Source: Deltaproteobacteria bacterium (GTDB lineage Bacteria; Desulfobacterota; GWC2-55-46; UBA9637). From it: a stretch of DNA of 64,000 bases. Of the stretch, positions 18,082 through 26,595 are shown piece after piece. The notes below the pieces were generated by a model that saw only the letters and a program-made list of their open reading frames with translations, was not told where the DNA came from and did no database searches. The DNA is taken from NCBI GenBank assembly GCA_016214995.1, contig JACRML010000058.1, positions 4,194-68,193 of the forward strand, given 5' to 3'. The position numbers and the translations under genes were made by a program. The first letter of the stretch is position 1. Every line of letters begins with the position of its first letter.

Positions 18082-18594
18082 ATGGTTTTGGAGATTATTG
18101 TAACGCAGGGCAGTCTTTTGGATGCCGATACAGATGCTATTGTAAATGCGGCAAACAGCCTTGGCCTTATGGGTGGCGGCGTGGCAATGGTCATAAAAAA
18201 GGCGGCGGGAGATATGGTGGAAGAAGAGGCAAAAAAACTTGCCCCTATACCGGTTGGCAAGGCAATATTAACAACAGCAGGAAGTCTAAAATTCAAAAGC
18301 ATCATCCACGCACCCACAATGGAAATACCCGGTATTAGGATTGTAGCTGCAAATGTTATAAAGGCGACCAAGGCAGCGCTTAAGCTGGCGGATGAAAATG
18401 GATATTCGGCCATAGCATTTCCAGGTATGGGCACAGGCATTGGTGGTGTAAAAAAATCCGTTGCAGCCAACGCCATGATTGAGACAATAAAAGATTTTAA
18501 TGCGCAGAATCTTAAAAAGGTTATACTTATTGATATAGATAATGAGATGGTGGAGGAATGGCGGCAGGCCGCAGCAGATAAAAAGCAGATATAA
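18082..18594 (+). CDS. Macro domain (ADP-ribose binding/hydrolase) protein
   Basis: DAIVNAANSLGLMGGGVA and AFPGMGTGIGG motifs. ATG at 18082 preferred over the TTG at 18076. Confidence 0.75.
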   Translation: MVLEIIVTQGSLLDADTDAIVNAANSLGLMGGGVAMVIKKAAGDMVEEEAKKLAPIPVGKAILTTAGSLKFKSIIHAPTMEIPGIRIVAANVIKATKAALKLADENGYSAIAFPGMGTGIGGVKKSVAANAMIETIKDFNAQNLKKVILIDIDNEMVEEWRQAAADKKQI

Positions 18595-18678
18595 AAGTAT
18601 CAAAGTGTAATAGTGTTATAGGGACAGAAAGACATTCTCTGATTCTTTGATACCATGCCACCATGCAAAGATAATCAT

Positions 18679-20103
18679 ATGGCCCGAAATTACAGAACAG
18701 AAAGAGACCCTCTGGGCGAGAAAGATGTGCTTATAAATGCCTATTACGGCATCCAGACTGCAAGGGCTATTGAAAACTTTCCCATAAGCGGGATTACTCC
18801 GAAAAAGGAATTCATAACAGCCACAGCAATGGTAAAGAGGGCGACTGCCATTGCCAATATGACAAACGACAACCTTGATAAAAAGATTGGCAAGGCTATT
18901 GTCATGGCAGCGGATGAAATTATCAACGGAAGATTGCATAAAGAATTTATTGTGGATGTTTATCAGGCAGGCGCAGGCACATCCCATAACATGAACGCCA
19001 ATGAGGTGATTGCAAACAGGGCAATAGAGATTCTTGGCGGCAAAAAGGGAAATTACAAGCTCGTCCACCCCAACGACCATGTAAACATGTCTCAGTCAAC
19101 AAATGATACTGTGCCGACCGGCATGAGGATTGCCGGTCTGTTTATGACACACAAATTATTGGCTGAATTAAGGCTTTTGGAAAATACACTCACAGCCAAG
19201 GCAAAAGAGTTTGACGGCATTATTAAATCGGGACGGACCCATCTTCAGGATGCCGTTCCCATAAGGCTTGGGCAGGAATTTCACGCCTATGGCAAAACAA
19301 TTGCAAAGGGAATAAAAAGAATTGAAGCGGCGGAGGCCAGCTTAAAAGAACTCGGCATCGGCGCTACGGCGGCAGGCACAGGCATCAATACACATCCAAA
19401 TTACAGGAAGGAAGTTATACAGGCATTGAGGCATGTTACAGGGATAAAAGGCTTAAGACCTGCTGATGATATGCTTGAGGCAATAAACAGCATGGCTGAT
19501 TTCGTAAATCTGTCCTCGGCATTAAGAGGCCTTGCGATAGAACTTATACGGATTGCAAACGACCTGCGTCTTTTAAGCTCAGGCCCGCGAACAGGTTTTG
19601 CAGAGATAACCCTGCCTCCCGTCCAGCCGGGCTCATCCATCATGCCGGGCAAGGTAAATCCGGTTATGGCTGAGATGCTCAATATGGTCAGTTTTCAGGT
19701 TATGGGCAATGATTTGACTATTGCAATGGCGGCACAGGCAGGACAGCTTGAACTTAATGTGATGATGCCTGTGATAAACCACAATATGCTTCAGTCTCTC
19801 GAGATTCTTAAAAATAGTGTAAAAGCATTTACAGACAGGTGCGTAAAGGGCATAAAGGCAAATAAGACAAGATGCCGGGAGATGGCAGAAAAGAGCGTAG
19901 GCATTGCAACTGTTCTAAATCCGTTTGTTGGTTATCAGGCGGCAGCATCTGTTGCGAAAGAAGCAGTTGCAGGCGGGAAAACCATAAAAGAGATTGTGCT
20001 TAGAAACGGCATACTTTCTAAAAAAGAGATAGAAAAGATATTAGACACAATGGCCATGACAAGGCCAAGGGTTGTCAGAAAAAGTGACAAAGCATCAAAG
20101 TAA
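18679..20103 (+). CDS. aspA: Aspartate ammonia-lyase
   Basis: RTERDPLGEKDV..AYYGIQTARAIENFPISG N-terminus, SQSTNDT, and the GSSIMPGKVNPVMAE signature as in Bacillus-type aspartases. The track ORF starts at 18655. Confidence 0.8.
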   Translation: MARNYRTERDPLGEKDVLINAYYGIQTARAIENFPISGITPKKEFITATAMVKRATAIANMTNDNLDKKIGKAIVMAADEIINGRLHKEFIVDVYQAGAGTSHNMNANEVIANRAIEILGGKKGNYKLVHPNDHVNMSQSTNDTVPTGMRIAGLFMTHKLLAELRLLENTLTAKAKEFDGIIKSGRTHLQDAVPIRLGQEFHAYGKTIAKGIKRIEAAEASLKELGIGATAAGTGINTHPNYRKEVIQALRHVTGIKGLRPADDMLEAINSMADFVNLSSALRGLAIELIRIANDLRLLSSGPRTGFAEITLPPVQPGSSIMPGKVNPVMAEMLNMVSFQVMGNDLTIAMAAQAGQLELNVMMPVINHNMLQSLEILKNSVKAFTDRCVKGIKANKTRCREMAEKSVGIATVLNPFVGYQAAASVAKEAVAGGKTIKEIVLRNGILSKKEIEKILDTMAMTRPRVVRKSDKASK

Positions 20104-20117
20104 AGGTGGGCAGAAGA

Positions 20118-20205
20118 ACAGGTTAAGCAAAGACAGGTTAAGTAAAGACAGGTTGAGGAAATACTTAACCTTAGCCTCAGCCTTAGCCTAAACCTAAACT
20201 TTAAC
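20118..20205. repeat. Hairpin with AGGTTAAG / CTTAACCT-TAGCCT repeat arms
   Basis: ACAGGTTAAGCAAAGACAGGTTAAGTAAAGACAGGTTGAGG ... CTTAACCTTAGCCTCAGCCTTAGCCTAAACCTAAAC. Downstream of aspA. Confidence 0.7.
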
Positions 20206-20255
20206 ACGGCAAACTAATCAGAATAAAATTCCCTGAAATTCTATCGACGGCACAT

Positions 20256-21200
20256 ATGATGATTAAACGTTACAACTCCCTCTCTGATTTTCTAAAAAAT
20301 AAATTCGGCTGCAAGGTCTTCAAGGTCTCCTTAAATGCAGGCCTCACCTGCCCAAACAGGGACGGCACAAAAGGCAAAGGCGGATGTATTTATTGCAGCT
20401 CTGAACCGATGATGCCTTTGAATTACGATGATAAAATGGGGATACGAGAGCAGCTTTATCAGGGCATTGAATATATAAAACAAAGACATAATGCGGAAAA
20501 ATTTATAGCCTATTTCCAGATAAATACAAATACATATGCGCCTATTTCAAGCCTAAAAAAGTTTTACGAAGAAGCGTTAGACCATCCTGATGTTGTTGGT
20601 CTGGCTGTTTCAACAAGGTCTGATTGCGTGGATAATGAAGTTTTAGATTTGCTGGCAAAGCTTGCAAAAGAAAAATTCCTCTGGCTTGAAATGGGGCTTC
20701 AATCATCTCACAACAAAACCCTTGAACTAATAAACAGGTGTCATACTGCTGAGGATTTTGCCGATGCTGTAAAAATGGCTGACGAGAGAGGCATCCATGT
20801 ATGCGCCCATGTAATCCTCGGCCTTCCCGGAGAAACCAAAGAGGAGATGTTTTCAACAGCCCGCTTTCTGGCCAATCTTGATATATGGGGCATAAAACTG
20901 CATCACCTTCATATACACAAAGGCACGAAACTTGAAGAAATGTATAAGAGGCATGAAATTAAACCCCTTGGGCTCGAGGAATATTCGAATATGGTTGTAG
21001 ATTTTTTACAGGAGATTCCAGAGGATGTTATAATACACAGGCTTTGCGGCGATACAGCAAGAAGGTTTTTGATTGCCCCTGACTGGAGCGTGAATAAATT
21101 TATCATACTTGATAACATTCATAAAATCATGAAACAACGAAACACTTATCAGGGAATAAAAATGAGAGTGCATTGTGAACTGCAAACCGTTCACAGTTAA
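20256..21200 (+). CDS. Radical SAM protein, TIGR01212 (YhcC-like) family
   Basis: FKVSLNAGLTCPNRDGTKGKGGCIYCS cluster motif. 314 aa. Confidence 0.8.
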   Translation: MMIKRYNSLSDFLKNKFGCKVFKVSLNAGLTCPNRDGTKGKGGCIYCSSEPMMPLNYDDKMGIREQLYQGIEYIKQRHNAEKFIAYFQINTNTYAPISSLKKFYEEALDHPDVVGLAVSTRSDCVDNEVLDLLAKLAKEKFLWLEMGLQSSHNKTLELINRCHTAEDFADAVKMADERGIHVCAHVILGLPGETKEEMFSTARFLANLDIWGIKLHHLHIHKGTKLEEMYKRHEIKPLGLEEYSNMVVDFLQEIPEDVIIHRLCGDTARRFLIAPDWSVNKFIILDNIHKIMKQRNTYQGIKMRVHCELQTVHS

Positions 21201-21232
21201 CAGTTTACATATTATATCAAAGGAGGTTTTTC

Positions 21233-22303
21233 ATGTCTGATCCACGTGTAGAGAAGCTTGCAGATATTCTCATCAATTATTCGCTTAAGGTAACCAAGGG
21301 GGAACGGGTTCTGATAAACGCATCTTCAGAACTTGCAAAACCGCTTGTTCTGGAGGTGTATAAAAATGTTCTGAAGGCCGGCGGCCACCCAACGGTAAAT
21401 ATTGCATTTGAGGAGATGACAAATATCTTTTACAATCTGGCCGCAAAAGAGCAGCTTCTGGATTTTCCCAAGGCAAAGTTTTTTGAGGCAAAAGGCGTTG
21501 ACTGCGTTGTAAATATAAGGGCTGCGGCAAATAAAAAAGCTCTTTCCAATGTTGACTCAAAGGCAATCAGCATGCGTAGCAAGGTCTTGATGCCCATACA
21601 GGAAGAGATTGTCAACAGGAAGCGGTGGGTGCTTTGTAATTTTCCAACAAATGCCCTGGCACAGGAGACGGATATGTCTTTGGAGGAATATGAAGATTTT
21701 CTCTACGGCGCAACCAATATAGACTGGGAAAAGGTCAAAAAAGAGGAGATGAAACTTAAGCTGGTTCTGGATAAAGGAAAGATTGTAAGGATAGTTGGTA
21801 AGGACACGGATTTGACTATGAGCATTAAAGGGAGAAAGGCCATCCCATGTTTCGGAGAAAGGAATATGCCGGACGGCGAGGTGTTTTTGTCTCCTGTAGA
21901 AAATTCTGCTGAAGGTAAAATCTACTACGACCTGCCTGCTATATATCAGGGGAAAGAGGTTTTGGGGATTCATCTTAAATTCAAGAAAGGCAAGGTTGTT
22001 GAGGCATCGGCTGAAAAAAACGAAAAATTCCTTATTGCAATGCTGGATACAGACAAAGGGGGGCGGTATCTAGGCGAATTAGGCATTGGCACAAACTATG
22101 GCATAAGGCATTTTTCCAAGGATATTTTATTTGACGAAAAGATAGGCGGCACGGTTCATCTGGCTGTAGGCAGGTCGTATAAAGACGCCGGCGGCAAAAA
22201 TGAGTCTGCAATCCACTGGGATATGATAAAGGACTTGAGAAACGGCGGGGCGATTTATGTGGACGGAAGACTTATCCAGAAAAACGGGAGGTTTTGCTAT
22301 TAG
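21233..22303 (+). CDS. M29 family aminopeptidase (AmpS-like)
   Basis: MSDPRVEKLADILINYSLKV..GERVLI N-terminus and the C-terminal GGTVHLAVG..AIHWDM motif. Confidence 0.75.
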   Translation: MSDPRVEKLADILINYSLKVTKGERVLINASSELAKPLVLEVYKNVLKAGGHPTVNIAFEEMTNIFYNLAAKEQLLDFPKAKFFEAKGVDCVVNIRAAANKKALSNVDSKAISMRSKVLMPIQEEIVNRKRWVLCNFPTNALAQETDMSLEEYEDFLYGATNIDWEKVKKEEMKLKLVLDKGKIVRIVGKDTDLTMSIKGRKAIPCFGERNMPDGEVFLSPVENSAEGKIYYDLPAIYQGKEVLGIHLKFKKGKVVEASAEKNEKFLIAMLDTDKGGRYLGELGIGTNYGIRHFSKDILFDEKIGGTVHLAVGRSYKDAGGKNESAIHWDMIKDLRNGGAIYVDGRLIQKNGRFCY

Positions 22304-22667
22304 TAAAATCGCCAACCTCAGTTACAGCTTTCACAATGTCCATGGGCTTAAAGGGTTTCAACAGATACTTAACTCCTGTCTCATTTAAAAACATAAATGT
22401 TTCCATATCGTCATTTCCCGTTATAAACAATACCCTCTGTTTCATGGACGGTATCTTTTCTATGAGTTTCCTATAAAATTCTATTCCGCTCATTACAGGC
22501 ATATCAATATCGCTTATTATGATGTCGTATTCCCTGCTATATGCCATCTTCAATCCTCCCGCACCATTGCTGGCAGCATCAACCTCATAACCCTCTTTGC
22601 AGAATATGATTGCAAGAAGTTCAAGGATAATATGCTCGTCATCTATTATAAGAATACGCCTTCCCAT
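22272..22667 (-). CDS. Single-domain response regulator (CheY-like receiver)
   Basis: ILIIDDE..., phospho-acceptor context IIISDIDMPVMSG, and the LLKPF lysine motif. Confidence 0.85.
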   Translation of the reverse strand: MGRRILIIDDEHIILELLAIIFCKEGYEVDAASNGAGGLKMAYSREYDIIISDIDMPVMSGIEFYRKLIEKIPSMKQRVLFITGNDDMETFMFLNETGVKYLLKPFKPMDIVKAVTEVGDFTNSKTSRFSG

Positions 22668-22724
22668 TATGATATTACCTCCTGCAAACAGGTTGTGATT
22701 TCAAATATTCTTTTCTTTACCCCC

Positions 22725-22768
22725 GACCCACCCCTTTATCCCCTCCCTGGAGGGGAAGGGGGTGGGTC
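22725..22768. repeat. Nested G/C hairpin module
   Basis: GACCCACCCC-TTTAT-CCCCTCC-CTGG-AGGGG-AA-GGGGGTGGGTC. The same architecture is embedded in repeat copies B, C and D and at 44490-44525. It encodes the tail and stop of the 49-aa ORF. Confidence 0.8.
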
Positions 22769-22885
22769 ATTGCCTTCATCGGACTTTGAGAATATAAAAC
22801 CGCAATGGGGGCATGGGTTTGGCTCATAAGGGGCTGCAGTCCATGAGTGATTCTTGCATTTTGGGCATATCATCTTTTCTGCCAT
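22736..22885 (-). CDS. 49-aa zinc-ribbon protein (below the ORF-track cutoff)
   Basis: Hand translation: MAEKMICPKCKNHSWTAAPYEPNPCPHCGFIFSKSDEGNDPPPSPPGRG. CPKC-x17-CPHC. The ATG lies 1 nt after the stop of the upstream ORF. Confidence 0.5.
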   Translation of the reverse strand: MAEKMICPKCKNHSWTAAPYEPNPCPHCGFIFSKSDEGNDPPPSPPGRG

Positions 22886-22886
22886 C

Positions 22887-23198
22887 TTATTCGCCTTTTA
22901 CCGCCTTTAGCCCCGAAGGTCTCTTGAGCTTGAATTTCAGTTCGCCGTGCGGCCATTCTTCAAACTTTTCAAATGAAGCAAGTCCGTATCTTTCAAGGGA
23001 AGCCATACTTGATTTAAGCTTCCTGAGCGCCGTCAATCTCCTCCCTATCTTTTCTATTTCTCTAAAGTTTATTTTGCACGAGACATCAATATCGTCCGCG
23101 CTTGCAAGGAGCAGTATGTATAGCTTTAACTCTCCATTTGACAGGAGATGGAAAAAATTTGAGCCGCTGAGATATCGCAAGAGTTCCACCTTGTCCAT
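22887..23198 (-). CDS. Hypothetical 103-aa protein, possibly winged-helix
   Basis: The LSNGELKLYILLLASAD pattern resembles N-terminal wHTH domains of phage or plasmid replication-organiser proteins. Divergent from the XRE regulator. Confidence 0.35.
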   Translation of the reverse strand: MDKVELLRYLSGSNFFHLLSNGELKLYILLLASADDIDVSCKINFREIEKIGRRLTALRKLKSSMASLERYGLASFEKFEEWPHGELKFKLKRPSGLKAVKGE

Positions 23199-23271
23199 AA
23201 ATGCAGTTTCCCCTTTTTTACTCTGATAAAAACTGCCTGATTACACTCAACGAGCCGCAGAATTGGTTATC

Positions 23272-23365
23272 AAAATAGGATAAATAATCTAGATTGTCAA
23301 GTAAAAAAGGATAATATGAATTGGAATTCATTTGAGTTGACAATATATAAGAAAGGGGATATTTT
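23272..23365. promoter_or_regulatory. Divergent back-to-back promoters with a central operator palindrome
   Basis: ATTGTCAA (23293-23300) and TTGACAAT (23337-23344) each give TTGACA-N17-TATTTT on their own strand. ATGAATT-GG-AATTCAT palindrome at 23316-23331. Confidence 0.55.
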
Positions 23366-23373
23366 AAGTTCCT

Positions 23374-23799
23374 ATGGCGATACAAGAAAAGATAGGTAAA
23401 AGACTGCGGGAGATAAGGTTTTCTAAAGGGCTTACCCAGAAGACTATGGCTCAAATGGCAGGGGTAGACTACACATACATAGGAAAAATAGAACGCGCTG
23501 AACAACTTCCATCCCTCGGGGTTCTTATAAAGATATCTGAAGCTCTTTCGTTGCCGCTTGACCGTTTCATTATGGATGAGTCAACCTTGAGGTTGATTAA
23601 TCTCCTGCCCGGAGAGGGTTACAGAGTCGTTCGGAAAAAAGAAATCTGGGATCTCTTGAAAGCGCTGGAAAATATCCACGAGGAAGATATCCCTCTTCTC
23701 ATAGAGATAGTCAGTGTCCTGAAAAAGCATCGGGAGAAAAGGGGGAGGCTGCCCATGGTAGCTGAACTACCTGAAGCATACAGGAAACGGAAGAAGTAA
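23374..23799 (+). CDS. XRE-family HTH transcriptional regulator
   Basis: IGKRLREIRFSKGLTQKTMAQMAGVDYTYIGKIERAEQLPSLGVLIKISEAL. The predicted -10 lies only about 8 nt before the ATG, so the mRNA may be leaderless. Confidence 0.85.
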   Translation: MAIQEKIGKRLREIRFSKGLTQKTMAQMAGVDYTYIGKIERAEQLPSLGVLIKISEALSLPLDRFIMDESTLRLINLLPGEGYRVVRKKEIWDLLKALENIHEEDIPLLIEIVSVLKKHREKRGRLPMVAELPEAYRKRKK

Positions 23800-23817
23800 G
23801 AAACCACAGATAATTTA

Positions 23818-24094
23818 CCCAAAAATAGACATTGATTTTTGGGGAAACCTGCAAGTTGCCTGCCAGACAACACACCCCTAAATCCCCTCTCGAGAGGGGA
23901 CTAAAGGGGTGTGTTATTTACGACGAGCCCTCCCCCTTTATCCCCCTCATGGAGGGGGACAGGGGAGGATACGGTGAGGAGTAAAAATTGGCCGATAACG
24001 AAGTATGGCAGGCAAATCGGCTGGCTCCACTTGCTGCGAAGCAATTGCAAGTGGAAGATGTAAAATAGCGAGTGTTTCAATCGCTATTTTACGG
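23818..24094 (+). repeat. ~250-bp multi-hairpin mosaic element, copy B (longest, 277 bp)
   Basis: Collinear with copies A, C and D. Carries an extra nested CCTCCCCC..CCCCCTCATGGAGGGGG..GGGGAGG hairpin inside the CCGTAT/ATACGG position. Confidence 0.9.
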
Positions 24095-24103
24095 TTTAAA
24101 ACA

Positions 24104-25450
24104 ATGAATAATAGCTATGATGTTATCATAGCAGGCGCTGGACCTGCGGGCATCTTTGCAGCGCTTGAGCTCCTTTCTGCCAAAAAGAACCTCAAGATTC
24201 TTCTTTTGGAAAAAGGCGAAGATCTGCCTGACAGAAAATCTAATGATATATTTCAGGGCTGGGGCGGGGCAGGCACATTCAGCGATGGGAAGCTCAATCT
24301 TTCTACCGGTGTCGGAGGGTTTTTAAATGAATATATCGGGGAAGATGAGCTTGAATCCCTTATAGATTATGTTGACAGGATATTTTTAAAATATGGCGCA
24401 CCTGCTGAACTCCACGGCACAGACGAGGAAGAGGTAAAGAGGCTGGAGGAGATTTCTGCAAGAAACGGGCTTAAGCTTGTGCCGTTTAAGATAAGACATC
24501 TTGGCACAGACAGATGTTTCTCGCTTTTAAAAAATTTAAGGGAAGAGGTAAATGCAAAAATTGATATTCAATTCAACGCCGAGGCAGTTGAGATATGTAA
24601 GCAAGACCATAAAGCGGCCGGCGTCAAAACCAGCGATGGCAGAGAGTTTCTTGGAGATTTTGTAATCCTTGCCCCGGGCAGAAGCGGCTCCCACTGGCTG
24701 AGCGAAGAATCAAAAAGGCTCGGCCTTTCCACAGGCAATAACCCTGTTGATATCGGCGTAAGGGTTGAGGTGGCTGCCTCCATCATGAGACCGATAACAG
24801 ATGTGATGCACGAGGCAAAACTTTTATTTTACTCCAAACGGTTTGACGATTTGGTAAGGACATTCTGCATGAACCCTTACGGCGTTGTGGTAAAAGAAAA
24901 ACACAAAGACTTCTGCACAGTGAACGGCCACAGCTTTTCTACAAAAAAGACCAATAATACAAACTTTGCAATTCTTGCCTCTACAACATTTACAGAGCCA
25001 TTCCATGAACCGATCGCCTACGGCCAGTATATTGCAAAACTCGTCAATCTCCTCGGCGAAGGCATTATCGTTCAGAGACTCGGAGACCTGCTGCAAGGCA
25101 GAAGGTCTACTCCTGACAGGATAAAAAAGGGGAGCGTTAAGCCAACATTGGCAGATGCGACACCCGGCGACCTTTCCTTTGCAATCCCATACCGATATAT
25201 AGCAGATATACTTGAAATGCTGGAGGCGCTGGATAAGGTTGCACCCGGCGTATATTCTACATCTACCCTCCTCTATGGCGCAGAGGTAAAATTCTATTCA
25301 ATGAGGCTCAAGCTTACAAACAATCTTGAAACAGAGATTAAAAACCTGTTTGCAGCAGGCGACGGCGCAGGAATCACAAGAGGCATTATCCATGCAGCAG
25401 TGTCCGGGGTGGTGGCGGCGAGGGAGATTCTGAAAAGAATTGGAAAATGA
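24104..25450 (+). CDS. FAD-dependent oxidoreductase (COG2509-like)
   Basis: YDVIIAGAGPAGIFAALEL dinucleotide-binding motif and C-terminal AAGDGAGITRGI. Start moved from 24005 because the first 33 codons of the track ORF are repeat copy B. Confidence 0.75.
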   Translation: MNNSYDVIIAGAGPAGIFAALELLSAKKNLKILLLEKGEDLPDRKSNDIFQGWGGAGTFSDGKLNLSTGVGGFLNEYIGEDELESLIDYVDRIFLKYGAPAELHGTDEEEVKRLEEISARNGLKLVPFKIRHLGTDRCFSLLKNLREEVNAKIDIQFNAEAVEICKQDHKAAGVKTSDGREFLGDFVILAPGRSGSHWLSEESKRLGLSTGNNPVDIGVRVEVAASIMRPITDVMHEAKLLFYSKRFDDLVRTFCMNPYGVVVKEKHKDFCTVNGHSFSTKKTNNTNFAILASTTFTEPFHEPIAYGQYIAKLVNLLGEGIIVQRLGDLLQGRRSTPDRIKKGSVKPTLADATPGDLSFAIPYRYIADILEMLEALDKVAPGVYSTSTLLYGAEVKFYSMRLKLTNNLETEIKNLFAAGDGAGITRGIIHAAVSGVVAAREILKRIGK

Positions 25451-25553
25451 GCAACTGATTGAAGATATATGGCTATTGCTTGACTTGTGCCATGCAATTA
25501 GAGAAAACTTGTTAAATATATAGTTAGCCCGCTTCAGATGTTTCAAATATGCA

Positions 25554-26111
25554 ATGAGAGCCACTGACCCCATACGCACCAAGTTCCGCGAAGCCAAATA
25601 CCATTTGGAACGACTCACAGACATCGAGAAGATGAAGGAGTTTTACCCGACGGTAAATGCCTTTCTATCTGCTGCTCGAAGCGTCCTGTCGGTGGCGTGT
25701 CACGAATTGGGCTGGAAAGAAAGACTTTCTTGCTATCGTACAGGGTTTACGACAAATCAGGAAGGCGAACGCAAGCAATACGATGCATGGTTTGAATCAT
25801 CAACTGAGGCAAAGGCGGTTCTTGATCATCCACTTGCTAAAGAGCGGCACGTCGTCATTCACCGCAGTGGTCGAGCTGGTTTCTTCCATGTCCCGAAACC
25901 AATCGGTGGTTTGGCAATCGCCGAGGGAGATGCCCATGGTCCGGGTCTCGTTATTCGTAGAGGACGTGCAACACTTCCTCTCGAAGACAGCAATCTCTTC
26001 TTCTATGAAGACCCCTGTGGCACAAGGCATGGCGCAGTCGCATATTGCATGGAGTATTTCCAACTGATCGAAGCGTTCTTTCGCGAGGTGAAGCAACCAC
26101 CATGGCGATAA
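25554..26111 (+). CDS. Hypothetical protein in a GC-richer island (possible Rx4H motif)
   Basis: 185 aa with a helical N-terminus and KERHVVIHRSG (R-x4-H). No other recognisable motif. Confidence 0.4.
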   Translation: MRATDPIRTKFREAKYHLERLTDIEKMKEFYPTVNAFLSAARSVLSVACHELGWKERLSCYRTGFTTNQEGERKQYDAWFESSTEAKAVLDHPLAKERHVVIHRSGRAGFFHVPKPIGGLAIAEGDAHGPGLVIRRGRATLPLEDSNLFFYEDPCGTRHGAVAYCMEYFQLIEAFFREVKQPPWR

Positions 26112-26304
26112 TCTGAGAAAGCGGGCTGACAACGGCGTGCAACAGACTGGCCTGCGGCCTCGGCCAGCCGCTGACGCCGACCGTTAGGACTTAGAGGAAC
26201 GAGGGTAACAGGCCGTACTTTCTTGCCATTACGAAATATATTGACCTCATTGCACGTCCACTTCGCATAGTATTTGTCAGAAAATGCAAATGCATTTTCT
26301 TGGA

Positions 26305-26595
26305 TTAGCAGCACTCTCCTGCAGTATCCCCGCACCCGCAGGAAGGCTTGCCTCCGGTAACCATGCCGTTTATGATCGCGGCTGCGCAGCCCACGCCGGC
26401 ATTCACAGCTATGGCCCCGAAGGCGCAGTTTCTCGCGCATGCGCCGCATTCCATGCACCTGTCCTTATCGCTTAATGCAGCCTTTTTGCCGCTCATAACA
26501 AAGACCGCATGAGGACACACCTCAACGCACCTTTCGCAGCCGGTGCATGCATCCGGAAAAAACCCAAGGCTTGTCACATTGGTAAGATATTTCAT
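26305..26595 (-). CDS. hgcB: Mercury methylation ferredoxin HgcB
   Basis: Two CxxCxxCxxxC(P) motifs (CTGCERCVEVCP, CMECGACARNC), GVGCA, and a C-terminal GECC pair. ATG at 26595 overlaps the hgcA stop (ATGA). The track ORF starts at a GTG at 26607. Confidence 0.85.
   Translation of the reverse strand: MKYLTNVTSLGFFPDACTGCERCVEVCPHAVFVMSGKKAALSDKDRCMECGACARNCAFGAIAVNAGVGCAAAIINGMVTGGKPSCGCGDTAGECC

Noticed and set aside
18033-19080. Minus-strand ORFs 18033-18476, 18286-18603 and 18616-19080.
   Set aside because: They are antisense to the macro-domain and aspA genes, both of which have strong family signatures.
22813-23226. The 137-aa plus-strand ORF.
   Set aside because: It is antisense to the 103-aa and 49-aa minus-strand genes, which are arranged with a promoter and coupled start. 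Its composition is Ser/Leu-rich and low in complexity.
24005-24103. A 33-codon N-terminal extension (MAGKSAGSTCCEAIASGRCKIASVSIAILRFKT) of the FAD protein in the ORF track.
   Set aside because: This stretch is repeat copy B. The same pseudo-peptide appears in the spurious ORF 36951-37139 from copy D, has no start codon in copy A, and is deleted in copy C. The dinucleotide-binding motif begins right after the ATG at 24104.
25657-26458. Overlapping alternative-frame and antisense ORFs (25657-26067, 25800-26132, 25951-26142, 26003-26458, 26284-26475).
   Set aside because: These are typical long spurious frames in GC-richer DNA. They are Arg/Cys/His-rich with low complexity and overlap better-supported genes (the 185-aa ORF and hgcB).
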